Virus record (IMG/VR): IMGVR_UViG_2675903043_000002
Location: 1-64,000 of that record
Strand: one strand, 5' to 3'
From: a virus
Taxonomy: Duplodnaviria; Caudoviricetes
DNA length: 64,000 bases
Of the stretch, positions 39,213-49,466 are shown piece by piece; positions within the stretch are counted from its first letter, which is position 1, and every line of letters starts with the position of its first letter. The translations under genes were made by a program, and so were the position numbers. Under the pieces are notes generated by a model that had not been told where the DNA came from, made no database searches, and was given only the letters and a program-made list of their open reading frames with translations.

Positions 39213-39490
39213 TGAACGTTACCGATCTGTACGAAGCCGCTGCTCGTAATCAACTGTTAACATCGGTCACAGTTGGTAGCGTGACCATCCAGTGCGCCTT
39301 TCGTGCACCTGCTGAAACAGTCCTCGATGGGCTAGCGCTTTCACGTGATTACCATATCGAGTATCCCACTTCCTGGCTCACCTTGACCATCGGTGATTTA
39401 GTACAGATTGCGGGTGAATCTTACAAAGTACGCGAAGTGCGACAAATTCGCGACGGCAGCGAAGCAAGAGCCACTCTCTCAAAATTATAA
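39212..39490 (+). CDS. Head-tail joining / head closure protein
   Basis: Position after the capsid gene; GDLVQIAGESYKVREV. Confidence 0.7.
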   Translation: MNVTDLYEAAARNQLLTSVTVGSVTIQCAFRAPAETVLDGLALSRDYHIEYPTSWLTLTIGDLVQIAGESYKVREVRQIRDGSEARATLSKL

Positions 39491-39927
39491 TGCAAAGTAT
39501 CCGCGAACAAATCATCCAGAAAATCGTCGCCAAGCTTACTCCAGTAGCTACGCTTCAGGGTGCAACCATTCAACGCCAACCGACTATTCCGACCGATCGA
39601 TCGAGACTTCCCGCACTGTTGGTTTTTCCAGAGATGGAAGCCGTGCAACGCATCAATGAACGTAGTGAGCGGGAACTGGCACTCCGCATCGTGGCGCTGG
39701 CTTGTGGCACCGTAGTGGAAGAGCCAGAGCCTATTGCCGATCGATTGTTAGCCGCTGCCCATAGTGTATTGATGACATATAGAAATCTTGATGGTCTGGC
39801 ACAAAGCTTGGAAGAGCTCGATTGTGAGTGGCAGCAAGATGACGCCGATATGGCGTTGGCTGCCATGCCCGCCCGCTACCGGATCACCTATCGCACACTC
39901 ACTCATGATTTAACGCAGAAAGGATAA
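39490..39927 (+). CDS. Tail terminator-like protein
   Basis: SIREQIIQ start and YRITYRT end; position in the neck module. Confidence 0.65.
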   Translation: MQSIREQIIQKIVAKLTPVATLQGATIQRQPTIPTDRSRLPALLVFPEMEAVQRINERSERELALRIVALACGTVVEEPEPIADRLLAAAHSVLMTYRNLDGLAQSLEELDCEWQQDDADMALAAMPARYRITYRTLTHDLTQKG

Positions 39928-39932
39928 ATGCC

Positions 39933-40151
39933 ATGTATCGCATCAAACTTCTCAAAACTCACACCCATGAAGGCCAAGTGCATTTCGCGGGCCATGTACT
40001 CGAAGTCGATGAAATGACCGCTTCCTGGCTGATCCAGTACAGTGTTGGCAAAGCAGCCGATGAGATTGCCAGCTCATCTTCAGAAGATCCCGCTTCATCA
40101 AATATAGATGTTCCAACTAAAAACAAACCCAATCGCAAAGTAAAGGAGTAA
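39933..40151 (+). CDS. Small phage protein
   Basis: IKLLKTHTHEG...LEVDEMTASWLI; AAGGA RBS. Confidence 0.65.
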   Translation: MYRIKLLKTHTHEGQVHFAGHVLEVDEMTASWLIQYSVGKAADEIASSSSEDPASSNIDVPTKNKPNRKVKE

Positions 40152-40154
40152 TCC

Positions 40155-40907
40155 ATGGCATATTTCTCTGGACAAGGCCGTGTCTTTATCGGTAGCCGCG
40201 ATACTAACGGTAACCCTGCAGGACTCACTTTCGTAGGTAATGTGCCCGATCTCAAGGTATCGATTTCAGTCGATACGCTTGAACACCAGGAATCCCAATC
40301 CGGACAGCGTTTGACCGATTTGCAGCTGATCCGAACCAAGAAAGGCGAGTTCGCCTGCACCCTCGAAGAATGGATTCAGTCTAACCTGGAACTGGCATTA
40401 TATGGCTCGACCACGATTGTGGCGAGTGGCACTGTAACGAGCGAGCTATTGCCCAATCCGGTCACCCTTGGCAGTCTCAATCTTCTCTCCAAGCAGAATG
40501 TATCGAGCGTGGTAGTCAAGGATTCGAGTGGCACACCGTTAACTTTACCTTCAACACAATACACGGTAAACGCAAAACACGGCTCCCTCATCATCAACGA
40601 CAAAACTGCCGGTGGCCCCTATACCGAGCCGTTCAAGGTCGACTATAGCTATGGTGCAGCCAATATCACGGCCATGTTCACTCAACCTCTACCGGAACGT
40701 TGGGTGCGTTTTGAAGGATTGAATACTGCTGATTCTAATCATGAGGTTGTAATCGATCTGTATCGCGTGGCGATCAACCCAGCCAAGGAGTTATCAGTGA
40801 TCGGCAACGATCTGATGAAATTCGAGCTATCGGGTCAAGTGCTAGCTGATCTCACCAAATCGGCTACAGGACAGTTTGGGCAATTCGGTCGGGTCATTCT
40901 GCTATGA
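40155..40907 (+). CDS. Major tail tube protein
   Basis: MAYFSGQGRVFIG, VGNVPDL and FEGLNTAD motifs; position. Confidence 0.8.
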   Translation: MAYFSGQGRVFIGSRDTNGNPAGLTFVGNVPDLKVSISVDTLEHQESQSGQRLTDLQLIRTKKGEFACTLEEWIQSNLELALYGSTTIVASGTVTSELLPNPVTLGSLNLLSKQNVSSVVVKDSSGTPLTLPSTQYTVNAKHGSLIINDKTAGGPYTEPFKVDYSYGAANITAMFTQPLPERWVRFEGLNTADSNHEVVIDLYRVAINPAKELSVIGNDLMKFELSGQVLADLTKSATGQFGQFGRVILL

Positions 40908-41293
40908 GTGATAATAATTTCTCAGCCCTACCACCGGTTGCAACCTCTATCGTCGTTAATGATGAAACAATTGACATCACTCCCATCAAGATAGGCGAAC
41001 TGCCTGCATTCAGTCGCGCGGTGCAACCGATAGCGGCTCATCTTTCCGCTTCTCCTGATTGGCTGGCGCTGATCGCAGAACATGGCGATGCCCTCATCGA
41101 GGCCTTGACTATTGCTGCTCGTCGTCCCCGCGACTGGGTCGCCGAACTTGAATTGGATGATGCCGTGAAGTTGGCATCCACTGTGTTTGAGGTCAATGCC
41201 GATTTTTTTATCCAGCGCCTGCTGCCAAGCGTAATGGAAGCGGCAGCCAGGCTCGAAACACGAATGGCTGGGCGGATGCCATCCAGCAACTGA
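40904..41293 (+). CDS. Tail assembly chaperone (gpG-like)
   Basis: Follows the tail tube gene; FEVNADFFIQR contains the slippery sequence T TTT TTT. Confidence 0.75.
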   Translation: MSDNNFSALPPVATSIVVNDETIDITPIKIGELPAFSRAVQPIAAHLSASPDWLALIAEHGDALIEALTIAARRPRDWVAELELDDAVKLASTVFEVNADFFIQRLLPSVMEAAARLETRMAGRMPSSN

Positions 41294-41475
41294 TCAGCGC
41301 GGGTCACTCGTACGAGAGCATCAGGGATTACACCCTGGCGCAGGTGTCTGCGTTTTTAGTAGCCATCGATCGACACGAAGCAAGATCTCTCGCCAATCTA
41401 CTCACGGTAATCGCTGCCGGCAGCCAAGGCTCCAACGACACCATCACCAAAATAATGAAGCAATTGTCGTGCTAA
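41203..41475 (+). CDS. -1 frameshift extension of the tail chaperone (gpGT-like)
   Basis: The -1 frame is open from the T7 run at 41203-41209 to TAA 41473-41475 (…WADAIQQLISAGHSYESIRDYTLAQV…). Confidence 0.65.
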   Translation, partial: FFYPAPAAKRNGSGSQARNTNGWADAIQQLISAGHSYESIRDYTLAQVSAFLVAIDRHEARSLANLLTVIAAGSQGSNDTITKIMKQLSC

Positions 41476-42119
41476 AAATCTCGTTAAGCCGTGCAGGCTT
41501 GCTTGATCCTGCCAAGTTGTCCTCATGGTCGCTATCCAAACAGGTCAACATTCGCAAAGCAGTCACAGCTGGAATGCGTGCAGAAAGCAGGCAATTGGTC
41601 GAGAGCGTGCGTAACCAAATGAAGGCTGACTTCACCGTCAAGCAGCAAAGATTTCTCAGATCGGTGCGCGCTCAAGTATTTGATCGTAACCCAAACAAGT
41701 TACCTGCATTGCTCATCGGTTCCAAAATTTCCTGGCTAGGGGTACATATGCGCGGAGGAAACATTGCAGGTCGCATGCTGATTCCGCTCACGGAAGAAGG
41801 TCGCCGTATCGGGCGGCGCGCATTCAAACGAATAATCGACGCCCTCATTTCCTCCGGAAATGCCTATTTCATCCAGAAGAATGGCAAGGCCATTCTGATG
41901 GCCGAGAACATCCAAGAGAATCAACAACAGCTTCGCCGCTTCAAGCGTGCTGAAAGAGTTCGTACCGGCGCTAAATCCATCAAACGTGGTCAAGAAATTC
42001 CTATCGCTGCGCTGGTACCACGCGTGAGCCTGCAGGCGCGTTTTGATCTAGCCCAAGCTGTGCAAAGGCAATTACCGGGTCTCGCCCGCAATATCGAAAC
42101 AAAACTGAAAACCATCTGA
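41469..42119 (+). CDS. DUF6441-like basic tail-region protein
   Basis: Arg/Lys-rich, lies before the tape measure; IGSKISWLGVH. Confidence 0.6.
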   Translation: MLKISLSRAGLLDPAKLSSWSLSKQVNIRKAVTAGMRAESRQLVESVRNQMKADFTVKQQRFLRSVRAQVFDRNPNKLPALLIGSKISWLGVHMRGGNIAGRMLIPLTEEGRRIGRRAFKRIIDALISSGNAYFIQKNGKAILMAENIQENQQQLRRFKRAERVRTGAKSIKRGQEIPIAALVPRVSLQARFDLAQAVQRQLPGLARNIETKLKTI

Positions 42120-42120
42120 C

Positions 42121-44694
42121 ATGCCCAACGATCGTGCGCAAATATTGATCACCGCGGTTGATCAAACCAAGTCTGCCTTTGATTCAATCCGCGGTAATCT
42201 GAGGCGCCTGGGTGATGAATCCAGTCACCTGCAAACCCTGCTCGCAGGGCTGGGTGTGACGCTATCAGCAGGTGGCTTCGTTGCTTTCGTCAAGGATGCC
42301 ATTAATAGCGCCGATCAGCTCAACAAGCTGTCACAGAAGATCGGCATTTCGGTCGAAGCGCTTTCTACTTTGCGCTTTGCTGCCGAGTTGTCCGATGTGA
42401 GCCTGGAAACGTTACAGAAAGGCATCAAGATACTCTCGCAAACTATAGTTGAAGCAAATAGTGGTGCAGGCAGAGGCGCGCAAGTGTTTGATGCGCTCGG
42501 TATTTCCGTCAAAAATACTGATGGCTCACTCAAGTCAGCCGAACAAATTTTACTGGAAGTGGCCGATGTGTTTGCTACATTGGAGGATGGCACCGTCAAG
42601 ACCACACTCGCGGTCGAACTGTTCGGCAAAGCAGGCCAGGACATGATTCCGCTGTTGAATCAAGGCAAAGCTGGCATCGAACAACTGCGACTGGAAGCAG
42701 AGCGACTGGGGCTCAAACTTGATACAGAAACGGCACGATCAGCCGAAAGCTTCAATGACAATTTGGCAGCTCTCAAAGCTTCTGCCTCCTCTTTGGGCAT
42801 AGCGCTTGCTGGTGATTTCTTGCCGGAACTCACCAACATTACCAACGCCATGCGTATGGCTGCCAATGAAGCGGGTGTGCTCAAAGCGATATGGGTCGGA
42901 CTGGGTGGCATCGGTAACCTCATCTTCAATGGCAGCGAGATCAAACAAGCACAAAGCGAAGTTCAGCGGTTGCAAGAGTTAGTCGATTCTACTCGGCAGA
43001 AACTTGCAACCGGTAAAACGAAGATACCCTTGCTGCCTTTTGATGTGCAATTCAACGATCAGGCACTGGCGGTACTGCGGCGCAATCTCGTGAAGTATGA
43101 GCAAGAACTGGCTCAGGCGCAAAAACGTCTGGGTAACCTCACCCGTTCGGAGCAAACGGAGCCAAAACCAGCAGCAAGCCCGACCGAGGATATGCAGCGC
43201 ATCGCCTGCATTGTTTCCGGTGGCCATTGGGTCAACGGCCAATGCATCAAAAAATCGGCTGGGCGTATCCAGGAGCCAAATACCCTCTCCGCTCGCATGA
43301 ATCTGATCAAGGCAGAATCAGAGACTGAACTCAAACTGATCAAGCAGGGTCTGGAGCTAGCACAAAAAGCTTATGATCGAGCACTTGATGAGCGCCTCAT
43401 TTCCATCCGCGACTTTTATGCTGTCAAGACAGTTATCGACCAACAGGCTATCGATGCAGAAATCAGTTCAATACAGCAAGAACTATCAACACAATCGAAT
43501 TTCGCCATTCGAGGACGTGATGAGAACGAGCGCCTGCGCGCCATGGCTGAAGTCAGAAAACTGGAAGGCGAACTGACAATACTCAACCAGAAACGCACGG
43601 AAATTGAAATCGCTAATGCCCATGCTGCGGCCAAAGCCGAAAAAGCATTGGCTGACGAGTTATCCAAAGTGCGCGAGCGATTGGCGGGAATACGCGGTGT
43701 AGCTGGCAACGAGGTATCACGCGAGCGCTTGCAACGTGAGTACCAGCCCTTGCTTGAGCAATTACGTGCCGCTAAGGATGAGCAGGGTGAAAGCGATGTG
43801 CTGCAGCTGATCGATGTGCAATCGGATTTAGCTTCTCTTTCAAAACTTGAAACAGAATTTCAGGCAGCGCTCGCGCGTATGCACACTCAGCAAGATAGCA
43901 TCAACATCAAACGCCAAGCGGGCTTACTCACAGAGTCGCAAGCACGCAGCCAGATCAATACGCTTTTGCAACAGACTGCGGCCGAAATGGATGTGCTGCT
44001 ACCGAAGATGCAAGCCTTGGCAGGTAGCGCCGGAGGTGAAGCAGTCAACCATGTTGCGAGACTGCGCAATGAAGTAGCGCGAATGCGCATCGATACCGAT
44101 CAATACGTTCTGCGCTTCGAGGGCGCCACGCGTAATGCACTACAGGGATTTTTCAGCGATATCGCACTCGGTTCCAAAGATGCCTTCGACAACATGGTGC
44201 AAACCTTCAAGGTGGCCATAGCCAACATGGTAGCAGAGGCGTTAGCCGCTCGGTTGATTGATTCCCTTTTCGGTGGATTGAGAGGCGCCGGTTCAATAGT
44301 AGGATCCCTATTTGGTGCAATAACCGGAAGCTCCACTCCTATCAAGAAGGCTACAGGCGGTCTGATATCAGGTCCTGGCACTGACACGTCGGACTCCATT
44401 CCGGCTCGCCTTTCCAATGGGGAATATGTCATTCGTGCCGCCGCGGTCAAGCAAGTTGGCGTGGGTTTTCTCGATGCGATCAACAATATGCGTTATCTAG
44501 CGTTAGCACCAAGCTACTTACCTACCCGGCTGAATTTCGCTGAAGGCGGGCTTGTGTCTACCAGTGGTTCTTCCGCTAGAAATGCAGCTACTTCCGTTAA
44601 CTTGAACTTACAACTACATCCTGAGGCGCTCCATATCACGCTGCGCGATTGGTTGGAGAGTGAACTTGCACGCATTGCTGTGGGCGGCAGATGA
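42121..44694 (+). CDS. Tail tape measure protein
   Basis: Long helical Ala/Leu/Gln-rich ORF with C-terminal ATGGLISGPGTDTSDSIPARLSNGEYV. Confidence 0.9.
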   Translation: MPNDRAQILITAVDQTKSAFDSIRGNLRRLGDESSHLQTLLAGLGVTLSAGGFVAFVKDAINSADQLNKLSQKIGISVEALSTLRFAAELSDVSLETLQKGIKILSQTIVEANSGAGRGAQVFDALGISVKNTDGSLKSAEQILLEVADVFATLEDGTVKTTLAVELFGKAGQDMIPLLNQGKAGIEQLRLEAERLGLKLDTETARSAESFNDNLAALKASASSLGIALAGDFLPELTNITNAMRMAANEAGVLKAIWVGLGGIGNLIFNGSEIKQAQSEVQRLQELVDSTRQKLATGKTKIPLLPFDVQFNDQALAVLRRNLVKYEQELAQAQKRLGNLTRSEQTEPKPAASPTEDMQRIACIVSGGHWVNGQCIKKSAGRIQEPNTLSARMNLIKAESETELKLIKQGLELAQKAYDRALDERLISIRDFYAVKTVIDQQAIDAEISSIQQELSTQSNFAIRGRDENERLRAMAEVRKLEGELTILNQKRTEIEIANAHAAAKAEKALADELSKVRERLAGIRGVAGNEVSRERLQREYQPLLEQLRAAKDEQGESDVLQLIDVQSDLASLSKLETEFQAALARMHTQQDSINIKRQAGLLTESQARSQINTLLQQTAAEMDVLLPKMQALAGSAGGEAVNHVARLRNEVARMRIDTDQYVLRFEGATRNALQGFFSDIALGSKDAFDNMVQTFKVAIANMVAEALAARLIDSLFGGLRGAGSIVGSLFGAITGSSTPIKKATGGLISGPGTDTSDSIPARLSNGEYVIRAAAVKQVGVGFLDAINNMRYLALAPSYLPTRLNFAEGGLVSTSGSSARNAATSVNLNLQLHPEALHITLRDWLESELARIAVGGR

Positions 44695-44915
44695 TGGCAA
44701 CACTCAGCGCTTATCCATCTCAAGTGCATGCTGACGCCACCGCTCTGCTCGTTTATCAGGGACAACCCAATCGCACGGTGAACTGGAATCTGGTCGGATC
44801 AGGATCCGTCACACCCTTGTCAAACTGTACCGATGAAACCGGCAAAGCTGGCGCCCTATACCAGCCGGGAACAGCAGGCGGTACCGTCAAGGTGGAGGTG
44901 ACAGCCGGTGCTTGA
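44691..44915 (+). CDS. Small Ig-like (Big_1-like) virion protein
   Basis: GQPNRTVNW...TDETGKAGALY...VKVEV. Confidence 0.5.
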   Translation: MMATLSAYPSQVHADATALLVYQGQPNRTVNWNLVGSGSVTPLSNCTDETGKAGALYQPGTAGGTVKVEVTAGA

Positions 44916-45852
44916 AATTCTGGCAGGCCCTTATGATCTGCTCGATCTGGAGGGTAATTTAGTCACCGATGATTCATTACAGCAGGCGCGCTATTACGAC
45001 GATGATATCGGACTGATGTTCTCGGCAGGCCGCACTCTTGGCAAAAACTGGGTAATCCAATTGGACGGCACCGCCTGCATTCGTAGTGACAGTTATGGCA
45101 TTTACGTGGTTGATTTGCAGCAAACACCACAAAGTGAATACCTGCTGGTCGATGCGCTGTTTAAGGACAAGTTATACCGGTACAACAAGCGCACCGCTAC
45201 CAGGGAAGTGTTGCTCCTCTCCGGTGGAACCAATGCCCTGGCGGACATTCAGGTGCGCACCCAAGATCGCTTCCTGTCTGCCAGCCATAACTTGGTTAAA
45301 TGGCGGCCACTCGATTTAAGCGCAGGCGCGGTCACTGAGGCAACGTTAACGGGGGTGGGCGATTTAACGGGACTATCGATCAATCCGATCTGGTCCAGGA
45401 CGCGTAATCCCGATGTGCTGGCGCTCGCCTATGAAAACGGCCACATCGTCTACTATAACCACATTACTAAAACACAAGCGCCGGGGTCAGCCTACATCGG
45501 AGCGAACAAGGATGCCTGGTACAGCCCCAAGTATGATATCTGGCTGCGACTAACCAGTGAGCGCAAGCTTTATGTGCATGCTTCCAGGCCTCGACCGTAC
45601 GCGTTATCTGATCCAATCGGATCGGTGCCAGTCAGGGGTAAGGTGAGCACTTATAGCGTGCAGCTGACAGGTGATGCGGGCGAGCCGTGTCCGGATGAGT
45701 TGATCGATTGGTCATTGGAGATCGGCAGCGTAGGCCAGCTGAAGAATACGCAATCGCGCACCGATGCGAGCGGCTATGCCACGGTGGATTACTTGGCTCC
45801 GGTCGTGGGAGCGCTGGGCAATGTCATCGTCAAAGCGGAGCTGCGATTCTGA
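44908..45852 (+). CDS. Tail-tip protein with C-terminal Ig-like domain
   Basis: Beta-rich; C-terminal GDAGEP...IDW...TDASGYATVDY. Confidence 0.55.
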   Translation: MLEILAGPYDLLDLEGNLVTDDSLQQARYYDDDIGLMFSAGRTLGKNWVIQLDGTACIRSDSYGIYVVDLQQTPQSEYLLVDALFKDKLYRYNKRTATREVLLLSGGTNALADIQVRTQDRFLSASHNLVKWRPLDLSAGAVTEATLTGVGDLTGLSINPIWSRTRNPDVLALAYENGHIVYYNHITKTQAPGSAYIGANKDAWYSPKYDIWLRLTSERKLYVHASRPRPYALSDPIGSVPVRGKVSTYSVQLTGDAGEPCPDELIDWSLEIGSVGQLKNTQSRTDASGYATVDYLAPVVGALGNVIVKAELRF

Positions 45853-46961
45853 TGTTCAGGCAGATTTATGAGTCGGTGCCGACGCCTTATCGTACCCAGG
45901 AGGAGCTTCCGGCGGTGGGGACAGGTATTGGAGCGTTTCTGTACAACCCCTATTTAGTCGAGCAGCCGAGGCTATATGGCGAGGAAATGTACCTATTGGC
46001 TGGTTTGTTTGTGCGACGCGAGCAAACGGCAACAGCCAACCACACCCTCCACTTGGTTGGGTTTACGCAAATTATCCGTTGGCCGAGCTGGGATACGCGC
46101 CACTGGGTCTTTGATGGCATCACGGGCGAGTTTCTGCGTGATGATCCAGCTATCCCGCCATTGGCACTCGGTGGTGATCTGGTAGAAGGCGCTGATGGCT
46201 CGATCTGGATGTATACCGCCTGGACGGGCGGTTGGATCGAATTAAATCCCGTGACTATGGCTTCCATCACTGGCAGCACACTAGACAAGGCTAAATACGG
46301 CAATCCAGCTTCGATTGAAACACCTTTGGTGGATCGTGCCAACAATATCTTGGTGTGTGCAGAAAGTAGTGGTGTTGCGAGAATTAAAATTTACAACTTC
46401 ACCACTGGTACATGGATACGCGATATCGAGGTGTCCGGGCCGCCCGCTCAGATCATGCCGGAGAGCAACAAATACGCCTATGTCTACTGCCACAACGGCA
46501 TCATTAATTTAATCAATTATGTTGATGGGCGTGTGTTGTCGGCATTGAAAGCACCTGCACCAACCGATACGCAATATTTGACACAGATCGGCTCACAGAA
46601 ATTTGCCTATGATCGTTTTCATCGGCGCTTGCTCGCGTTTCAGATGGTTGTGAATAATGCAGACGGATCGAGCGCATCAACCATCAAAGGCTGGTATCCG
46701 GTGCCCTTGCCAGTCAGGATCATGCAGCCGATACCGCTCATTGCACCACGCGCGGGTAGGACTGTGCCCTACCTTACCCGGCTGTATGGCGATGCGGGCG
46801 AACCGGTGGCGGGAGTGCATGTACAAGGCGCAATCAGCGGTGTGAACGTTAACATAGCGCCGGGCATTACCGATAACAATGGCTATGCCCTCGTGCAGGG
46901 CATAGCCACTGCCGCCGGTAGCGCTATCCTCACCGTCAGCGCGGAGGTGATCACTTCATGA
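45852..46961 (+). CDS. Tail-tip protein, beta-propeller-like with C-terminal Ig-like domain
   Basis: ATG 45852 overlaps the previous stop; C-terminal GDAGEP...TDNNGYA. Confidence 0.55.
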   Translation: MFRQIYESVPTPYRTQEELPAVGTGIGAFLYNPYLVEQPRLYGEEMYLLAGLFVRREQTATANHTLHLVGFTQIIRWPSWDTRHWVFDGITGEFLRDDPAIPPLALGGDLVEGADGSIWMYTAWTGGWIELNPVTMASITGSTLDKAKYGNPASIETPLVDRANNILVCAESSGVARIKIYNFTTGTWIRDIEVSGPPAQIMPESNKYAYVYCHNGIINLINYVDGRVLSALKAPAPTDTQYLTQIGSQKFAYDRFHRRLLAFQMVVNNADGSSASTIKGWYPVPLPVRIMQPIPLIAPRAGRTVPYLTRLYGDAGEPVAGVHVQGAISGVNVNIAPGITDNNGYALVQGIATAAGSAILTVSAEVITS

Positions 46962-47488
46962 CTATTTTGACTAGCCAGACGACCTTTACCATAGGCGAGG
47001 CCTCCACTGAAACCACCTCTATCAATATCACGATTCTACCTTCTATCGGTACAGCTTCTGGTAAGGGGCGACTCATCCATCCTGCCCTCGGCACTTACGA
47101 TTACGCGCAATGTCCGGATGAATGGAGCAACATCGATGGCGATGCCATCATTGCCCCGATCTGGGCGAGCAGCAAAACACTGAATGGCGCCTCCAATACT
47201 CTGACGATGGGCAACATCCGCGATGTAGTGGTAGAGGAACGTTGGACGGGTGGATTGTCCACCTCTCTGGAGATGGTTCGCATATTGGCTGCTTTCTGGC
47301 AGAATCCGCCTGATCCTGCTATCGACTACATTGAATGGTATCCCAATTACATCAACGCTAACGGCTATAAGGTGATCCTCACAGGTTTAGAGCTGAATGG
47401 GCAAGGATTGAATTTTGATTTCATTTCACGCCAGGGTTATGTGACGGGCACCTTGGTGTTACGTATGCGCATTGCAGGAAGAATGTAA
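46958..47488 (+). CDS. Minor tail protein (possibly distal-tail-like)
   Basis: Coupled ORF in the tail-tip module; call rests on size and position only. Confidence 0.45.
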   Translation: MTILTSQTTFTIGEASTETTSINITILPSIGTASGKGRLIHPALGTYDYAQCPDEWSNIDGDAIIAPIWASSKTLNGASNTLTMGNIRDVVVEERWTGGLSTSLEMVRILAAFWQNPPDPAIDYIEWYPNYINANGYKVILTGLELNGQGLNFDFISRQGYVTGTLVLRMRIAGRM

Positions 47489-48936
47489 TGAATCATCGCT
47501 GGCAGCCATTTGCTCAGGATAGCGTCAAAAACATTGCCATTATTTGGCACCCAACGGCTACTCCATTGCAGATGGTAGAAGGCACGCATGCAGACGGGGT
47601 GGATATCAGCGCTTTTGTTACTCGTGCCTCACACAGCGCAGCCGAGGGCAATGTCACCGTGACCTGGCATTTGGAGTTATACGAGGTTGATCAGCCACAA
47701 CCAGGCCAGATCATCGAATTCAGGCTGGATGATCAGTTGCTGTGGTGGGGAGTGATCGAGTCTCTCAATGGTTACCGTTTGAGCTCCGGCGTACGCTCTT
47801 TGACGTTGACGCTGCGATCACGCGATGCCTCGCCCCATTGGCGCAACGTTCGCCGGGTAACTGAGATTTACCCGGTGGCCACTCCGCTGTCAGTCATTGC
47901 GAGAGACATTGCCTACACGCTCGGCTTGAGCGATGCCGAGATCGGATTTGGTGAGACATCCGTCACTACTGTCCATTCAAATACCCAACTGGCAGACTTA
48001 ACCGCCTGGGAAATGCTGGAGAAATTGGCTGAGCCTCTCGGTGTGCAGTCTTTTGTCGATGCACGTGGTGTTTTGAAAACCATTTCCCGCGATATCACGC
48101 GGCCAGTCGATATTGTTTTAACCACCGAGCGCATCATCAGCGTCACCGCAGCCAAATCCAGGCCGCCGCTGACCGCTGTCAAAGTACGATGGCTGGACCC
48201 AAACCTGACCAAGGTTTCGCAACAGGACCAGCTATTGGCCAGTATCAATATCACTGCAGGCTTCTTCCAGCTTAAACAAAAAAAGCGAATTGCTTTTTCC
48301 GAGGATGAAACGCAGCGCGCAGAAAATACTTATCTGGTCATTCGTCAATCGGCCAATTCAGGGCTGCTGCCAGTATGCGAAGAAAGTTATTCGCAAGAAA
48401 CTCAAACCGGTGGCGAAATCGTGCTTACCACCTATGCCTGGGTGCCTGCGCTGGTAACGGCCGGCATGGCAGCGATTCTGTCCAGTTCACTTATTCCCGA
48501 CGGAGTAACTCCCACGGAAACCATTCCGTTAGGACGACCCATTCAGGCAGGCGCCGAGATTACGGTACTACTGACATTGGCCTCGATTGGCACTGGCATG
48601 TATGAGATCTGGGGTACACCCTACGATTATGTGCACGCGCGCAACATCACTGAAGCCTATGATCAAAACGCGCCAGAATGGCTGAGTAATGAAGTCGAGA
48701 TCGAAAACGATTTCATCATGGATGAACCGATGGCGCAAGCCTATGCGGTACGTGAACTGCTTTACAGAGCGCGCGAGGTATCCAGTTTCAATATGTCGAT
48801 TGTCGATGACCCCAGAATCGAGCCAGGCGACATTATTGAATTACCCGACCAATCAAGACTATACGTGACCAACTACCAGCGCGATGTATCACCAGGTAGC
48901 GCGGCCGTACTGGATGTGGAGGGTTTTCGCGTATGA
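47488..48936 (+). CDS. Baseplate hub / tail-tip protein
   Basis: WWGVIES, FVDARGVL and DPRIEPGDII resemble hub (Tal-like) proteins. Confidence 0.55.
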   Translation: MNHRWQPFAQDSVKNIAIIWHPTATPLQMVEGTHADGVDISAFVTRASHSAAEGNVTVTWHLELYEVDQPQPGQIIEFRLDDQLLWWGVIESLNGYRLSSGVRSLTLTLRSRDASPHWRNVRRVTEIYPVATPLSVIARDIAYTLGLSDAEIGFGETSVTTVHSNTQLADLTAWEMLEKLAEPLGVQSFVDARGVLKTISRDITRPVDIVLTTERIISVTAAKSRPPLTAVKVRWLDPNLTKVSQQDQLLASINITAGFFQLKQKKRIAFSEDETQRAENTYLVIRQSANSGLLPVCEESYSQETQTGGEIVLTTYAWVPALVTAGMAAILSSSLIPDGVTPTETIPLGRPIQAGAEITVLLTLASIGTGMYEIWGTPYDYVHARNITEAYDQNAPEWLSNEVEIENDFIMDEPMAQAYAVRELLYRAREVSSFNMSIVDDPRIEPGDIIELPDQSRLYVTNYQRDVSPGSAAVLDVEGFRV

Positions 48937-49466
48937 GCATGCTGACTTACATCACGCAGGCGGAAATAAAGAATGCAGCCAAGGAACTGGACGGCAAAGT
49001 ATTGACCAGACCTGCGCTGTTAGTCACCGATGGCTTGGCGATGATTTATGCGGTTGACGTCGACATCGGCCAGAACTATCCGCTCAAGAATGTGCCGATT
49101 GCACGTGCCAACCGTAATTTGCTCTACGCCGAAGTGGGGGCGGCAGTCAGACTCAGGCGAAGCGAATCCGGACACTATGAGGTGATAGGCTTTTCTCAGG
49201 AGCAACCGGGCAGCTTTTTTCGGGTGCCCATCACTCTCCCCTCATTTACTTTTGGTAACGCAGGCATCATCACCGGCGCCAACCCAGCTCTACCACCCTC
49301 ACCCTTGCCAACCAGCTCGATCGTAATCGGCGAGCCCCAGGACAATACCTTGGTGGGTAGACCGCTCACCTATGCAGAACTGGCCATGCTTGGAACCTAT
49401 GGTTTAACCCCATACGGGGCGACCGGCATCTTTAAAGGTGGCGTATTACAGGAGATATATTCGTGA
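48933..49466 (+). CDS. Minor tail protein
   Basis: Coupled ORF after the hub-like gene. Confidence 0.5.
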   Translation: MSMLTYITQAEIKNAAKELDGKVLTRPALLVTDGLAMIYAVDVDIGQNYPLKNVPIARANRNLLYAEVGAAVRLRRSESGHYEVIGFSQEQPGSFFRVPITLPSFTFGNAGIITGANPALPPSPLPTSSIVIGEPQDNTLVGRPLTYAELAMLGTYGLTPYGATGIFKGGVLQEIYS

